Assembly: GCA_965205015.1 (NCBI GenBank)
Contig: OZ242029.1
Location: forward strand, 4,544,001-4,608,000
Direction: 5' to 3'
Origin: Candidatus Poribacteria bacterium
GTDB lineage: Bacteria > Poribacteria > WGA-4E > WGA-3G
Length of the DNA stretch: 64,000 nt
Made by a program: the position numbers and the translations under genes
Shown: piece after piece, positions 49,572 through 59,174 of the stretch
Layout of the letters: each line of letters starts with the position of its first letter
Numbering within the stretch: position 1 is the first letter of the stretch
Notes under the pieces: model-generated
Told to the model about the DNA's origin: nothing
The model's input: only the letters and a program-made list of their open reading frames with translations
Databases searched by the model: none

Positions 49572-50734
49572 CCCATCAACACATCATTCAACTTCTCATC
49601 GCCTTCTGTAATAACCAACGCAACCGCTAATACGACTATCGGCAGGTTCCTGTCTTCTACAAAGCCCTCTAATTTCTGTTCGTCTTTTTCCGTTGTGACA
49701 ATCAGATCTGCTCCTGTTTTTTGGAAAGTCGTGTATATCTGCTGTTTGTCGATTTCCGTATAGATATGGTGGTCGGGAAATGCCAGGAGTTCTGCGCTTA
49801 CAACGGAGCATCTTATGAGGGTCGCCACAAACGCGTCCGGATCTCCAATTCCACAAACTGCGAGCACCCGTTTTCCTTTGAGTTCTTTTATATTAGAGTT
49901 ATCGGTTCTCGGTAGTCGGTTTTCAGTTAAAAGGTTTTCGCTTAACAAATCCCTCTTGTAACTGACGACTGACGACTGACAACTGACCGCCAATGGATAG
50001 AGGTGTGTTGGTTGGTGAATGCTTTCCAAGATTAGCGCGTTCGGTGCTGACGATTTCACCAATTTTTTGATATGCGCGGATATGTTGGGTGTATCTGTAT
50101 GCGTTAGTAAGATGAGGTCTGCGCGTCGTAGCGCGGAGGGGGGCTCACGTAAAGTTCCCGCCGGTAGCAAGTGCTGAGGACTCCCGAAGGGGTGTGTCGC
50201 CGGAATAGTGAGAATATCGACGTCGCGGGCAAGCTGCCGATGCTGGAATCCATCATCTAAGAGCAAGACATCCACCTTGAAACGTTCAAGTGCTATCTGA
50301 CCTGCCAGATAACGGCATTTCCCGACAACAATCGGAACGCCGCTGAGGTGTTTCGCCATCATATATGCTTCATCCCCGCTTTCCATAGCGGAAGCATACA
50401 CTTTTTCGCCGTCTGAGACAATTGTCACTTTTTCACGAACGCGACGTTTATACCCGCGCGACAGAATAGCGACGCGCCTCCCCTCTCTTTGAAGATGTTT
50501 CGCAATAGCGATAACAGCAGGTGTTTTACCCGTCCCGCCAACAACAATGTTCCCGACACTGATGACTCGGCACGGCAACCTACGTGCTTTAAGCACCCCA
50601 CGATTATATAAGATATTTCGGAGTTGGACGCTTGCCCTGTAGAGCCAACTCAATGGAATTAATAAAAAACGTAGGGGGGTAGCGAGGATTCTCTGCTGTA
50701 GCGAACCAAGGTCGTGGGTGTGTGTCAATCTCAT
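49568..50734 (-). CDS. lpxK: Tetraacyldisaccharide 4'-kinase with repeat-derived insertion
   Basis: SVGNI.VGGTGKTP, SRGY, GDE, DDGFQH, PAG.LREP, FPDHH, TTEKD. Confidence 0.96.
   Translation of the reverse strand: MRLTHTHDLGSLQQRILATPLRFLLIPLSWLYRASVQLRNILYNRGVLKARRLPCRVISVGNIVVGGTGKTPAVIAIAKHLQREGRRVAILSRGYKRRVREKVTIVSDGEKVYASAMESGDEAYMMAKHLSGVPIVVGKCRYLAGQIALERFKVDVLLLDDGFQHRQLARDVDILTIPATHPFGSPQHLLPAGTLREPPSALRRADLILLTHTDTPNISAHIKKLVKSSAPNALILESIHQPTHLYPLAVSCQSSVVSYKRDLLSENLLTENRLPRTDNSNIKELKGKRVLAVCGIGDPDAFVATLIRCSVVSAELLAFPDHHIYTEIDKQQIYTTFQKTGADLIVTTEKDEQKLEGFVEDRNLPIVVLAVALVITEGDEKLNDVLMG
49898..49990 (-). repeat. Heptamer-flanked element inserted in frame in lpxK
   Basis: Minus-strand core cagttacaagagggatttgttaagcgaaaaccttttaactgaa vs intergenic cagttataagagggctttgctaaacgaaacctcttacctgaa (within 34044-34133). 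Confidence 0.85.
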
Positions 50735-50834
50735 CAGAATTGTTAACCCATAATTGCCTCAAGTCTGTAGCGTTGGGAAGTGTTCTAAAGTTAGAAAGTT
50801 CTGACCACAACTTTACGGACTTTACAACTTTCTT

Positions 50835-52145
50835 TCACGCTTGGCGAATCGTTAAAAGAACCAAGTCCGCTGTGCGCTCAGCCGCGCCAGCAGTACCGAG
50901 TTGGGCGTGCACTGCTTGGAGTGCTTCGCGTTGCATTTCCCGTTTCTGTGGATCCTGTAGGAAATCAAGAGCCATTTCCGTCAAAGCCGTCGGTGTCAGT
51001 TCCGTCTGCAGCAGTTCTGGCACAATGTCTCGTCCTGCGATAAGGTTAGGAAGCCCGCTCCGTTCCAAAGGGGTCAACGCCTTGACGATATGCCAGTTAA
51101 GTGGTGCAGTCCGAAAAACGATAATCATCGGTGTGCCAATGCATGCTGCCTCAAGCGTCGCCGTGCCAGAGGTAACCAGCAACAGGGTTGATGCGCGCAT
51201 TGCCGGATACGTTGTATCTTCCACAATTTTGATGGCTGGAATCTGCTGACCTGACAGGCTTTGCTCCTGCTGGCACTTTTCAATGAGTTCATGTGAAATT
51301 CCAGGTGCTAACGGGAGGACCCACTGCGCCTTTGGATAGATCTGAGCGATGTTTGCTGCTGCATTTAGCAGGACCGGCAAAATGTGTCGGATTTCGGAAC
51401 GGCGACTCCCCGGCATCAATCCAATGACAGGCTCAGAGGTCACATCATCACGCTCATCGTGATTTGCCCCGAAACTCGTGCTTTGCTGCCTTGTATCGGC
51501 GTCGAGTTTCGGATCAAATGCCTCCGCTGTATTCTCAGCGTCTTCCGTTTCATATAAATTGAGATGTTCGCGTGCGGCTTGCGTGCTGAGGGATGTCTGT
51601 GCAAAATCAACAAGCGGGTGCCCGACAAATTCGGCATTCGCACCCGCGTTTCGGTAAAATTCTGCCTCAAATGGGAAGATTGCGGCAATAACGTTTGCCC
51701 ACTTTGCCAACTTCCGTGCCCGACTTGCGCGCCACGCCCACGCTTTCGGTGGAATGTAATACACGACCCGGACATCGTGCTTCTGGGCAAACTTTGCTAA
51801 CGGCATATTAAACTCCGCGAAGTCCACGAGGAGAAGAACATCGGGGCGTTCCTCACGGATGCGGCGTTTCAGATACGCTTGTTTCCGAATGAACATCGGT
51901 AGGACCGCGATAACATCCGCAAAACCCATCACAGCCGAATCTCGGATATGAAAATCGAGGGACACGGACGCCTTCTCCATCCAGTCGCCGCCCATTCCGA
52001 AGAGTGTTATATCGGGACAAAGTGCCGTGAGTCGGCGTGCGACGTGAGAAGCGTGTAAGTCGCCAGAGGGTTCTCCAGCAACAATCATAATTTTTGGATT
52101 TCGGATTTCGGATTTCGGATTTCGGTAAAAAGATGTTTGTGGCAT
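50835..52145 (-). CDS. lpxB: Lipid-A-disaccharide synthase
   Basis: AGEPSGD, VMGF, P.AWAW...R, FPFE, FVGHP, PGSR.SE, SGTATLE, LPN....IVPELLQ; start uncertain. Confidence 0.96.
   Translation of the reverse strand: MPQTSFYRNPKSEIRNPKIMIVAGEPSGDLHASHVARRLTALCPDITLFGMGGDWMEKASVSLDFHIRDSAVMGFADVIAVLPMFIRKQAYLKRRIREERPDVLLLVDFAEFNMPLAKFAQKHDVRVVYYIPPKAWAWRASRARKLAKWANVIAAIFPFEAEFYRNAGANAEFVGHPLVDFAQTSLSTQAAREHLNLYETEDAENTAEAFDPKLDADTRQQSTSFGANHDERDDVTSEPVIGLMPGSRRSEIRHILPVLLNAAANIAQIYPKAQWVLPLAPGISHELIEKCQQEQSLSGQQIPAIKIVEDTTYPAMRASTLLLVTSGTATLEAACIGTPMIIVFRTAPLNWHIVKALTPLERSGLPNLIAGRDIVPELLQTELTPTALTEMALDFLQDPQKREMQREALQAVHAQLGTAGAAERTADLVLLTIRQA
52095..52126. repeat. Heptamer tandem repeat (TTCGGAT)n at 5' end of lpxB
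   Basis: tttggat ttcggat ttcggat ttcggat ttcg; encodes RNPKSEIRNPK. Confidence 0.8.
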
Positions 52146-52212
52146 CAGCAAATATTGTAACTCCCACAAGAATCCACTGACTGCCGACGGCTGAGGGAAA
52201 CCGACAGCCACT

Positions 52213-53256
52213 CTACGGCATCATCCCCGGTACTTTCAGCCCGTCAGTCTCTTTGAAGCCGAACATCAGATTGAGGTTCTGCACAACGGCACCCGCTGCG
52301 CCCTTACCGAGGTTGTCAATCGCTGCCATCGCGACGATACGACGTGTCCGGGCATCCACTTCAAGCCCAACATCGCAATAGTTGCTACCGAGAACAGCCT
52401 TCGTTTGCGGATAGGTGCCGGTTGGAAGCACTCGAACAAACGGCTCATTCTCATAGAACTTTGCGTACATATCAAGGGCTTCCTCTGTAGAGATATTTTC
52501 TGTGAGACGCATATAGACGGTGCTAAGGATACCGCGTGTCATCGGTACAAGGTGTGGTGTGAACGTTACGCGAACCGGTTCAGATGCGACAGCACTTAAC
52601 TCCTGTTCAATCTCTGGCGTATGTCGATGGACACCGATATTGTAAGCGGTAAAGTTGGACTCTCGATTCGCGTAGTGCGTGTTTTCACTCGGTTTCGGAC
52701 CAGCCCCCGAAATACCCGACTTTGAATCGACGATGATGGAATCTAATTCCACGACCCTGTGTTTCACAAAGGGTATCGCTGCAAGTATGGCACTCGTTGG
52801 ATAACACCCTGGATTCGCGACGAGTTGGGCGGAACGGATACAATCGCGATAGCGTTCTGGCAACCCGTATACAGACCTGGACATGAGTGATGTACTTGTA
52901 TGTTCCACGTGATACCAAGCTTCGTAAGTTTCAGCATCTGCGAGCCTGTAATCCGCACTGAAATCCACGATGCGTAAGCCTTGTGCCAAAATTTGCGGCA
53001 CGAAAGACATCGCCACCTTATGCGGAACGGCAAGAACGACGACATCTACTCTCTCTTTGAGGGCGTCAAGGTCTAAGGCTTCAAATTTCGACGATAGAAA
53101 TCCACGGAGATTCGGGAGGACGCTATCGATACACTGCCCCGCGTAGGTCTCAGACGTGCAGAGTGCGACTTGAAGGTCACCAGGATGGTTAACGAGGAAG
53201 CGTAACAATTCGCTGCCGCTATACCCTGATGCACCAACAATTCCAAGTTTCATCAT
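52213..53256 (-). CDS. argC: N-acetyl-gamma-glutamyl-phosphate reductase
   Basis: GASGYSG.EL, D.SADYRL, ANPGCYPT, SGISGAG, HRH.PEI, DNL.KGAAG.AVQN.N. Confidence 0.97.
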   Translation of the reverse strand: MMKLGIVGASGYSGSELLRFLVNHPGDLQVALCTSETYAGQCIDSVLPNLRGFLSSKFEALDLDALKERVDVVVLAVPHKVAMSFVPQILAQGLRIVDFSADYRLADAETYEAWYHVEHTSTSLMSRSVYGLPERYRDCIRSAQLVANPGCYPTSAILAAIPFVKHRVVELDSIIVDSKSGISGAGPKPSENTHYANRESNFTAYNIGVHRHTPEIEQELSAVASEPVRVTFTPHLVPMTRGILSTVYMRLTENISTEEALDMYAKFYENEPFVRVLPTGTYPQTKAVLGSNYCDVGLEVDARTRRIVAMAAIDNLGKGAAGAVVQNLNLMFGFKETDGLKVPGMMP

Positions 53257-53304
53257 TTAAGTCTCACTGTATGTTTTTTATGAAGGTGTTAATTTTGTAT
53301 AGGA

Positions 53305-53333
53305 ATTTTAGCACATTTCGAGCGAAATGTCAA
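53305..53333 (-). promoter_or_regulatory. Sigma70 promoter of argC-lpxB-lpxK with overlapping palindrome
   Basis: TTGACA-17nt-TAAAAT with TGn; ACATTTCG-AG-CGAAATGT at 53313-53330. Confidence 0.7.
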
Positions 53334-53445
53334 ATTATTGTAAGGCACACCCAGAGCCGTTCAACTCTTCTATAGGAGCGAGCTGCGCTCCCGATTTTAC
53401 TGACAGCTGACCGCCGACGGCTGACAGCCATTCCAAAGAAATAAA

Positions 53446-53474
53446 TTGACAGTCCGACCTATACGCGGTAAAAT
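53446..53474 (+). promoter_or_regulatory. Sigma70 promoter of FAH gene
   Basis: TTGACA-17nt-TAAAAT. Confidence 0.7.
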
Positions 53475-53526
53475 ATGACAGACTTCGACTCATAAATTAC
53501 GTCGAAAAACCCAAAAGGAGACTGCT

Positions 53527-54276
53527 ATGAAGTTAGCACGATATGAATTAAATGGAACAATCGGTTACGGCATTGTCTCGGGAGACACTCTGAGCGTCCT
53601 ATCGGGATGCCCGCTCAGTGAATATAGCGAGACAGGAGAGACTGTCGCATTAGCGGACGTCAAACTCCTTGCACCGACGACACCCACAAAGGTGTTGGCT
53701 GTCGGCTTGAACTATCGAAGCCATTTAGGTGGGGCTCCGGAACCGCAAAACCCCGAGATATTTATCAAAACGCCTTCCTGTATCAACGACCCAGAAGGCA
53801 ACATCGAATTGCCCGATGGCGATGATGAAATCCACGCCGAAGGTGAACTCGTTGTCATCATAAAGGAACGGACCCGGAAAGCCACGCCGGAAGAAGCAGC
53901 CGCCAATATTTTGGGCGTAACCTGCGGCAACGATGTCAGTGCACGCACATGGCAGAGCAACGACTTGCAATGGTGGCGTGCCAAAGCATCAGATACCTTT
54001 GGTCCCATAGGTCCCGTCATCGTTACTGACCTTGATTATACCGATGCACAATTGGAGACCCGCATCAACGGCGAAGTCGTTCAGAAGCAGACGACTGCCG
54101 ATCTCATTTTTCCAGTGACAACGGTCGTCAGTTTCATTTCGCAAGCGATTACCCTTGAACCGGGGGATGCGATCTTTACGGGTACCCCCGGCACAACGAC
54201 CGCTTTGAAAGCCGGTGATGTCGTTGAGATTGAGATTGAGGGCATCGGCGTTCTGAAAAACCCTGTCGTAGCATAG
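53527..54276 (+). CDS. Fumarylacetoacetate hydrolase family protein
   Basis: GLNY..H, IFIK, EGEL, GNDVSAR, AK..DTFGP.GP, PGD.IFTGTP. Confidence 0.93.
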   Translation: MKLARYELNGTIGYGIVSGDTLSVLSGCPLSEYSETGETVALADVKLLAPTTPTKVLAVGLNYRSHLGGAPEPQNPEIFIKTPSCINDPEGNIELPDGDDEIHAEGELVVIIKERTRKATPEEAAANILGVTCGNDVSARTWQSNDLQWWRAKASDTFGPIGPVIVTDLDYTDAQLETRINGEVVQKQTTADLIFPVTTVVSFISQAITLEPGDAIFTGTPGTTTALKAGDVVEIEIEGIGVLKNPVVA

Positions 54277-54348
54277 TAATTTGATCGGAGACACGCCTTC
54301 CAATCTCTCCACTGGCGGGGTTAGACGAAGTTTAAGGAATCAACGCTA

Positions 54349-55008
54349 ATGACAAAATTGTTTAGCTGCTTCGTGTTATTACTCACAGGTTTGCTCGCTG
54401 TTTCAATGCTCGCCGGCTGCGGTGGTGATGATGACACAGATGAACCTATTCCAGTTAACTTCGTCAGTGCAATCCCGCCGGACGGCGAGATCGCCGCGAA
54501 TGGAACCATCACGGTTACCTTTGACAACACACTCACTGATCTCAATCTCACGATAAGTCGTGGTGATGGAACTATCACGGTCTCAGGCAGAACTGCAACC
54601 ATCCACGGTCCCTTTACCCCTGGTTCCCTCGCGTTGACGCTCGCATGGACTGATGGAACCCAAGTACTCAACTATACCGTTCTCGCGCCGTGCTGTTCCG
54701 CACCGACAATCACAGGTGGCACTGTCAAAGACGGGGACACTGCTGTTGATCCCGAACTTATCAACAGCGACGGGCAGATAGTGATTCAGTTCAGCGAAGA
54801 CGTAACCGGAAACATTGCCCTCCAAACCGAAGGCGGGGATACTGTCGGTTGGCTTGGCAAATTTGAAGGTAGCAAAGGAACGCTTGAACTTGTCAAAGGT
54901 AGAGAGCTCGTCAACGAAACCGTCTACGTCATTGTTGGTAAAGTTTCCACTGCCGAAGGCAACGAGGCTGACTTTAAAGTCACCTTTGTAACCAAAGGTA
55001 AAGCATAG
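54349..55008 (+). CDS. Lipoprotein with tandem Ig-like (SbsA/Big_5-like) domains
   Basis: LAG|C lipobox; S..P.DG.....ITVTF and GTVKDGD..VDP......IQFSE.V. Confidence 0.7.
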   Translation: MTKLFSCFVLLLTGLLAVSMLAGCGGDDDTDEPIPVNFVSAIPPDGEIAANGTITVTFDNTLTDLNLTISRGDGTITVSGRTATIHGPFTPGSLALTLAWTDGTQVLNYTVLAPCCSAPTITGGTVKDGDTAVDPELINSDGQIVIQFSEDVTGNIALQTEGGDTVGWLGKFEGSKGTLELVKGRELVNETVYVIVGKVSTAEGNEADFKVTFVTKGKA

Positions 55009-55051
55009 ATTCAAATAATGAAGCTAACCGAATCGTAAGGGAAATTAGAAA

Positions 55052-56341
55052 ATGGCGACCTATATTGCACATGGTGGACAAGACACCGTCATCACAACCG
55101 AAGAGAAACGCGCACTCCTACACGAGGCACTCCTCAAATTGGGCGGTATCCCGAAGAAGATATTGGTTATCCCGCCGGATATAACACGCCTCCACTCAAA
55201 CGCTGGCGAACTCACCCGACTTCTTTATGAATTGTGGGACGCTGGCAACGGCACTACATTCGATATCCTGCCCGCTATCGGTACGCATGCACCAATGACC
55301 GAACCGCAGATTGCCGAGATGTATGGCGATCTGCCCAAGGCAACCTACCATGTTCATCATTGGCGGACCGGGTTACACCATTTCGGTGAAGTGCCATCCG
55401 AGTTCGTGCAGGAGGTTTCGGGTGGACAACTCGACTATAGTATTCCTGTCGCCGTGAACCGCCGTCTTGTAGGGGCTGGGTTACCCAGCCCCTACGAACT
55501 TATCATCTCCGTCGGACAGGTGATCCCGCACGAGGTGATCGGTATCGCCAACGGATTTAAAAACATCCTCGTCGGTGCGGGGGGTGTTGAGATGATTAAC
55601 AAATCCCATTTCCTCGGTGCCGTAGACGGCATGGAACGTCTGATGGGACGCACGGATACCTCTGTCAGGAGAGTGCTGAATTACGCCCATGCACACTATC
55701 TGAAGCAGCTCGGTATTGTATATGTCATGAGCGTCATGGATGCCGATGCCTCTGGAGAACGGGTGATGCGCGGTCTTTACGTCGGTGATGACGCGCACAC
55801 GTTTGAGACGGCTGCCGAATTGAGCAGAGCCGTCAATATGACCTTTTTGGACGAACCTTTGGCAAAAGTAGTCGTCTACTTGGATCCGAGGGAGTTCAAA
55901 AGCACGTGGCTCGGCAACAAAGCGATCTACCGCACACGGATGGCGATGGCGGACGATGGCGAGTTGATTATCATCGCACCCGGATTACGTGAATTCGGTG
56001 AGGACGCTGAAATTGACAGGCTCATCCGAAAGTACGGCTATTGCGGCACACCCGCGACACTCAACGCCGTTTCAGAAAACCTAGAGTTGCAAGAGAACCT
56101 CTCCGCCGCTGCCCACCTCATTCACGGCAGTACCGAAGGCCGTTTCAAAGTCACATACGCGACGGAACACCTTACCCAAGCCGAGATCGAATCCGTCGGC
56201 TACCAATGGGCACCCGTGGACGAAGTGATCGCCGAATACAATCCCGCAACACTTACCGATGGATTTAACGATGGTGGTTTTTTCTACATCAGTGAACCCG
56301 GACAAGGCTTATGGGCACTCCGCTCGCGGTTTCGTGAATAA
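55052..56341 (+). CDS. Lactate racemase (LarA/DUF2088) family alpha-hydroxyacid epimerase
   Basis: PPDITR, AIGTH, PHEVIG.ANG.KN, WLGNKA.YRTR, AHLIHGS. Confidence 0.85.
   Translation: MATYIAHGGQDTVITTEEKRALLHEALLKLGGIPKKILVIPPDITRLHSNAGELTRLLYELWDAGNGTTFDILPAIGTHAPMTEPQIAEMYGDLPKATYHVHHWRTGLHHFGEVPSEFVQEVSGGQLDYSIPVAVNRRLVGAGLPSPYELIISVGQVIPHEVIGIANGFKNILVGAGGVEMINKSHFLGAVDGMERLMGRTDTSVRRVLNYAHAHYLKQLGIVYVMSVMDADASGERVMRGLYVGDDAHTFETAAELSRAVNMTFLDEPLAKVVVYLDPREFKSTWLGNKAIYRTRMAMADDGELIIIAPGLREFGEDAEIDRLIRKYGYCGTPATLNAVSENLELQENLSAAAHLIHGSTEGRFKVTYATEHLTQAEIESVGYQWAPVDEVIAEYNPATLTDGFNDGGFFYISEPGQGLWALRSRFRE
55469..55495. repeat. Perfect 27-nt GTAG-REP palindrome in frame inside LarA-family gene
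   Basis: GTAGGGGCTGGG-TTA-CCCAGCCCCTAC, codon-aligned, encodes VGAGLPSPY. Confidence 0.88.
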
Positions 56342-56356
56342 ACGCAAAGGTCTGTT

Positions 56357-56400
56357 GCCCCAAATCTAATGGTTACACTTTGGATTTGGGGCTTTTTGTT
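56357..56400 (+). terminator. Rho-independent terminator
   Basis: gccccaaatcta...tggatttggggc followed by a T-tract. Confidence 0.75.
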
Positions 56401-56642
56401 ATTACCGTTGACGGCTCTGGAAAAATATGATATTCTTAATGTGAGCATGTATTGACCTTAACGCATTCAGCCAGCGCTCACAAAGGTTGATCGCGCCTGA
56501 CCCGTTTCGTGCTATCTGAGATAAAATCTGCCCGATTCTGTGCAGTTCCTTCTGAACATAGCACAAAGCGTCCAATCTGTGCGGTATTGTCCGAACTGGC
56601 ACGGGATTTGCTATAAATAAAATCAAACGAAAGGAGTTGCCA

Positions 56643-57551
56643 ATGGAAACCGAACAAAAATATCGTGTTGCGCCCCCCGGATTTACAGCAGAACAGTGGA
56701 AAACCTTTAACGAAGACGGCATCATTTTCATTGAGGACGCAATCTCCGATGCGGATATCCAGACCTATATTGACGCGATAGATCGCGTCGCTGCCACCAG
56801 CCCGAAATATACGCCAGGCGGCTTTCTCCACATGGAAAACATCGTCGAACGTGACCCCGTGTTTACAAACCTTATTGATAACGCGCGGCATGTCGGTTAT
56901 GCCTACGACCTGTTCGGGGAACTTCTTAAACTCCATCAGAGCCAATTTTTCCTGAGACCTCCCGGTGGGACTCAATACAACCAGTGGCATCCGGACGGCG
57001 CACGTGCTCTCCCTTACGGTGTATTTTCACCGCAATTGCCGTTGCAAATCAAAATCGGGTATTGGTTGACCGATCTCCCGAGAGAAAAGATGGGGAACCT
57101 CGTCGTGTTACCCGGAAGCCATCGTCAGCAGTATATGGAGGGCTACGATACACACAAAAGTATCCCCGGGGAAAAGGTTGTCTGCCCGCGTAAAGGCACA
57201 ATGACGGTGATGCATTCCAGCATCTGGCATCGCGTTGAACCGAACGAAAGCGATGTCGTGCGCTATAACATCTTCGCCGCTTATTGTCCATCATGGCTCA
57301 CACCTGCCGACCGATTTCATTCTACACCGGAATGGTTGGAGACACTCAACCGCGAACAACGCATCATCATGCGGAGTTATAGCCATGCGTATCACAACGC
57401 CAAACCGCCTGCGTCTGAATTTCCACTTTTCCTCGAACGCGACACAGGTATTGAAGCGGATGTCGGTACGTATCAGGCGCACGTCCACTTGCACCGCCGC
57501 AAACGACAGACAATGCCCGAGCGGCTTACCCTTTCGGCGGAAAATAATTAA
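56643..57551 (+). CDS. Phytanoyl-CoA dioxygenase family Fe/2OG oxygenase
   Basis: WHPDG, YWLTD, PGSH, IWH...N.S...R; AAGGAG RBS. Confidence 0.9.
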   Translation: METEQKYRVAPPGFTAEQWKTFNEDGIIFIEDAISDADIQTYIDAIDRVAATSPKYTPGGFLHMENIVERDPVFTNLIDNARHVGYAYDLFGELLKLHQSQFFLRPPGGTQYNQWHPDGARALPYGVFSPQLPLQIKIGYWLTDLPREKMGNLVVLPGSHRQQYMEGYDTHKSIPGEKVVCPRKGTMTVMHSSIWHRVEPNESDVVRYNIFAAYCPSWLTPADRFHSTPEWLETLNREQRIIMRSYSHAYHNAKPPASEFPLFLERDTGIEADVGTYQAHVHLHRRKRQTMPERLTLSAENN

Positions 57552-57577
57552 GGACAACCTGTTATTTAGGGATTGAC

Positions 57578-57871
57578 GTGAACAAATTCAATAAACTGCT
57601 GCGGCTCATGTCACACGCATCAAGTATCATACTCATCATAGTAGAGTTTATATGTGGGGTCTGCATCTGCTTGATTCCGATCGGGTTTTTCATCTATTTC
57701 AACCTCACGGTCTGGCGGACAACAGATCCGACACTCCCCACTATAGAACGTTTGAATCAGACGTTTCATGAAACGTTTTGGGAAAACATTTTCACGTTGG
57801 TGTTAATGATCGCGGTGCGAAATTTCATGTCCTCGGTCATCAAATATTCACGCGAAACCGAATCCGAATGA
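57578..57871 (+). CDS. Small hypothetical membrane protein
   Basis: Two hydrophobic segments; co-oriented between genes; GTG start. Confidence 0.55.
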   Translation: MNKFNKLLRLMSHASSIILIIVEFICGVCICLIPIGFFIYFNLTVWRTTDPTLPTIERLNQTFHETFWENIFTLVLMIAVRNFMSSVIKYSRETESE

Positions 57872-57919
57872 TACAGATCATCTGACCAGGGACGTACCTC
57901 ACCTATTGGGAACTGAAAA

Positions 57920-59050
57920 ATGAAGACACTATTCCTCAAAGACATGCGGTATCGCCAAGCGAGAGTTGTGCTCACAACACTCGGCATCACTGTCCTGATC
58001 TCATTGATACTGCTGTTAGGTGGCATCATGAACGGCATGCGCATTCAAGCGCGACAATACGTCGAATCCACCGGTGCGGATGTCTGGATCTCCGCTGAAG
58101 GCTCCGGTGGCGCGTTTATTGGGTTTTCCATGGTCGTTGAGGAATATATGGCGTTTCTGAACGCAGGCCCCGGGTTAGTGCCAGATTCTGCATCGCCCTT
58201 GGTTTTTGCGCAAGCGCGTCCGACCGTCCGTGGCAAATCCACCAAGGCAATCGTTGTCGGCTATAAGTTGGGACAACTCGGCGGACCCAAGAGTACAGTT
58301 GAAGGTAGAATGTTCACTCGGAGTAATTTTGAAGATTATAGACCTGAGGATCCAATCCCTTACGAGGTCGTCGTTGACGAGAAAATGGGACTGGAAATCG
58401 GAGAACAGATTACCCTCAGCAACGAAAAAGTTCGTGTTGTCGGCAAGGCGAAAAGCCTCATGTTTGTTTTAGATACGCCGCTGCTCTTCATGGATGTCCG
58501 CATTGCCCAGAAACTTCTACTCGGCAACACACCACACGTCAACATGATGATCGCTAAAACAAACAAAAGCGAACAACCCGCTCAGATCGCCGCCGATTTA
58601 GATGCCTTAGAAACCATTGAAGTCCGTACCTTAAAACAGACGCTCAGGGACATCATTGCGTACTACGTTGATGAACCGATGAAGGCTGTGCAATTCCTAC
58701 GGGTGATGTTATGGTTAGCGGCGGGCATTCTTGTCGGGATGATTACTTATGTGACGATGCTTGAAAAGACACAAGAAATCGGAGTGCTAAAGGCTATCGG
58801 TGGCTCAAACGGTTATGTGATGGGACTTCTCCTCAAGCAGGTCGTCCTCATCTCCACTGTCGGCGTGCTACTTGGTCTTCTTCTATCGTATGTGTTCGCG
58901 GCGGCAGCACCAATTTTCGTTGCGATTCACTTCGTCGAATCCATCATCGTTGCGTGCATCAGTTTCATTGTGTGTTGCGGTAGTGGGTATTTGGCAGCAC
59001 GCAAAGTGATCGCAGTCGATCCGATGATCGCCTTCCGAGGAGAGATTTAA
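57920..59050 (+). CDS. ABC transporter permease (MacB/FtsX family)
   Basis: TM1 + periplasmic domain + EKTQEIGVLKAIG + 3 TMs, DPM.AFR. Confidence 0.92.
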   Translation: MKTLFLKDMRYRQARVVLTTLGITVLISLILLLGGIMNGMRIQARQYVESTGADVWISAEGSGGAFIGFSMVVEEYMAFLNAGPGLVPDSASPLVFAQARPTVRGKSTKAIVVGYKLGQLGGPKSTVEGRMFTRSNFEDYRPEDPIPYEVVVDEKMGLEIGEQITLSNEKVRVVGKAKSLMFVLDTPLLFMDVRIAQKLLLGNTPHVNMMIAKTNKSEQPAQIAADLDALETIEVRTLKQTLRDIIAYYVDEPMKAVQFLRVMLWLAAGILVGMITYVTMLEKTQEIGVLKAIGGSNGYVMGLLLKQVVLISTVGVLLGLLLSYVFAAAAPIFVAIHFVESIIVACISFIVCCGSGYLAARKVIAVDPMIAFRGEI

Positions 59051-59174
59051 CCAGGACTTTTGTGATTTACCATGATGTTAAAATCTCCGATAATCCTGGT
59101 GAATCATAAAAATCGTAGTTCAGACTTTTCCATGATCGAAGGATGATATCTCCGATCCAAGAGGTATATTCAAG

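Noticed and set aside
56402-56990. Minus-strand ORFs 56402-56731 and 56478-56990
   Set aside because: They are antisense to PhyH and run through repeat-like intergenic DNA; no recognisable domain.
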